A stretch of 64,000 nt of DNA from positions 37,882,001 through 37,946,000 of the forward strand of contig JBNRSN020000018.1 in NCBI GenBank assembly GCA_051313645.2, written 5' to 3'. Below, one piece after another: positions 63,305 through 64,000 of the stretch. This stretch comes from Centroscyllium fabricii. Taxonomy: Eukaryota. The stretch's first letter is position 1; each line of letters starts with the position of its first letter. The notes beneath the pieces are model-generated. The model was not told the DNA's origin. It searched no databases and worked only from the letters and a program-made list of their open reading frames with translations. The translations under genes were made by a program, and so were the position numbers.

Positions 63305-63483
63305 GTGGACAAATGCAAGAAGTCACACAACACCAGATTATAGTCCAACAGTTTTATTTTAAATCACAAGCTTTCGGCTCCGAAAGCTTGTGATTTAAAA
63401 TAAAACTGTTGGACTATAACCTGGTGTTGTGTGACTTCTTGCATTTGCCCACCCCAGTCCAACACCGGCACCTCCACATTATG
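63305..63483. mobile_element. Penelope-like terminal fold-back (hammerhead core lost at the loop)
   Basis: Near-perfect palindrome centred on CTTTCGG-CT-CCGAAAG. The direct repeat GCTTTATGTGGA flanks it (63298-63309, 63484-63495). Confidence 0.8.
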
Positions 63484-64000
63484 GCTTTATGTGGAAGGGG
63501 AGGGAGGAAGCCTGACTGCCCAAGAAAGTTACTTCAGCTCACAGCGGAAGTTCTTTTTCTCTCCTGCTTGTTAATAGGCTGTTTGCGTAACTTTATTTTG
63601 TGTTTGTGAGATTCTGAATTCTACCACGTGGAGTTTGTGGTGACTCTGGCACAGAGTGCAACATGGCAGTTTCACCCAGCATTCTTGGCTAGATTTAAAA
63701 TAAAATATCTGGAATTGTGTCCCACCACTAGATCTCTTCCCCTGCCCCATCCCCATCCAGTGGCTTTCTGTCAGTTCCAAAGGATGCCGTGCTCTCCCAT
63801 TGAATTTGTTCCATCTTGCCTGTCTGTGCTCTGTGAAAAGGCTAATCACTTTGTCGCAATCCCCTGCCCCTTCTCCATACCCTTTTTAAGGGTGACTTTT
63901 TCAAATATTCATCCATTTCCCTTTTAAAAGCGGTTGTGGATTCTGTTTCCACTGTGGTTTTTGATCGGCTATTTCATGTCCTCTCAGCACTCAGTATATT

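Overview
Vertebrate nuclear DNA, almost certainly a cartilaginous fish (shark/ray), judged from HE1-type V-SINEs, HER1/CR1 LINEs, Deu-domain SINEs and shark-type Penelope ends. The only host coding sequence I can support is one 110-bp + strand exon of SND1/Tudor-SN (55705-55814, [37 protein letters not shown]), so the window is probably mostly one very long SND1 intron plus the start of the next. It is filled with nested transposons. These include a complete but decayed Gypsy element (LTRs, PBS, PPT, AAAAC TSD), a second truncated Gypsy, a Tigger/pogo element with a frameshifted transposase plus 11 TA-flanked MITEs, two hAT elements, a Harbinger MITE, many CR1/L2/Rex1 fragments and two GC-rich VNTRs. 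The most notable observations are: (i) a ~158-bp, ~96% identical inverted repeat pair of unexplained sequence (60120-60277 / 62777-62935); (ii) minimal hammerhead-ribozyme motifs of two Penelope families, with a visible compensatory change in stem II; (iii) a MITE family dense in NRF1-like (GCGCATGCGC) and YY1-like (AAAATGGCCGC) motifs that flanks the SND1 exon in inverted orientation; (iv) a VNTR-carrying GC-rich insertion and a hAT element that may carry captured DNA. Family names come from motif recognition, not database searches. Boundaries of decayed LINE fragments are approximate.
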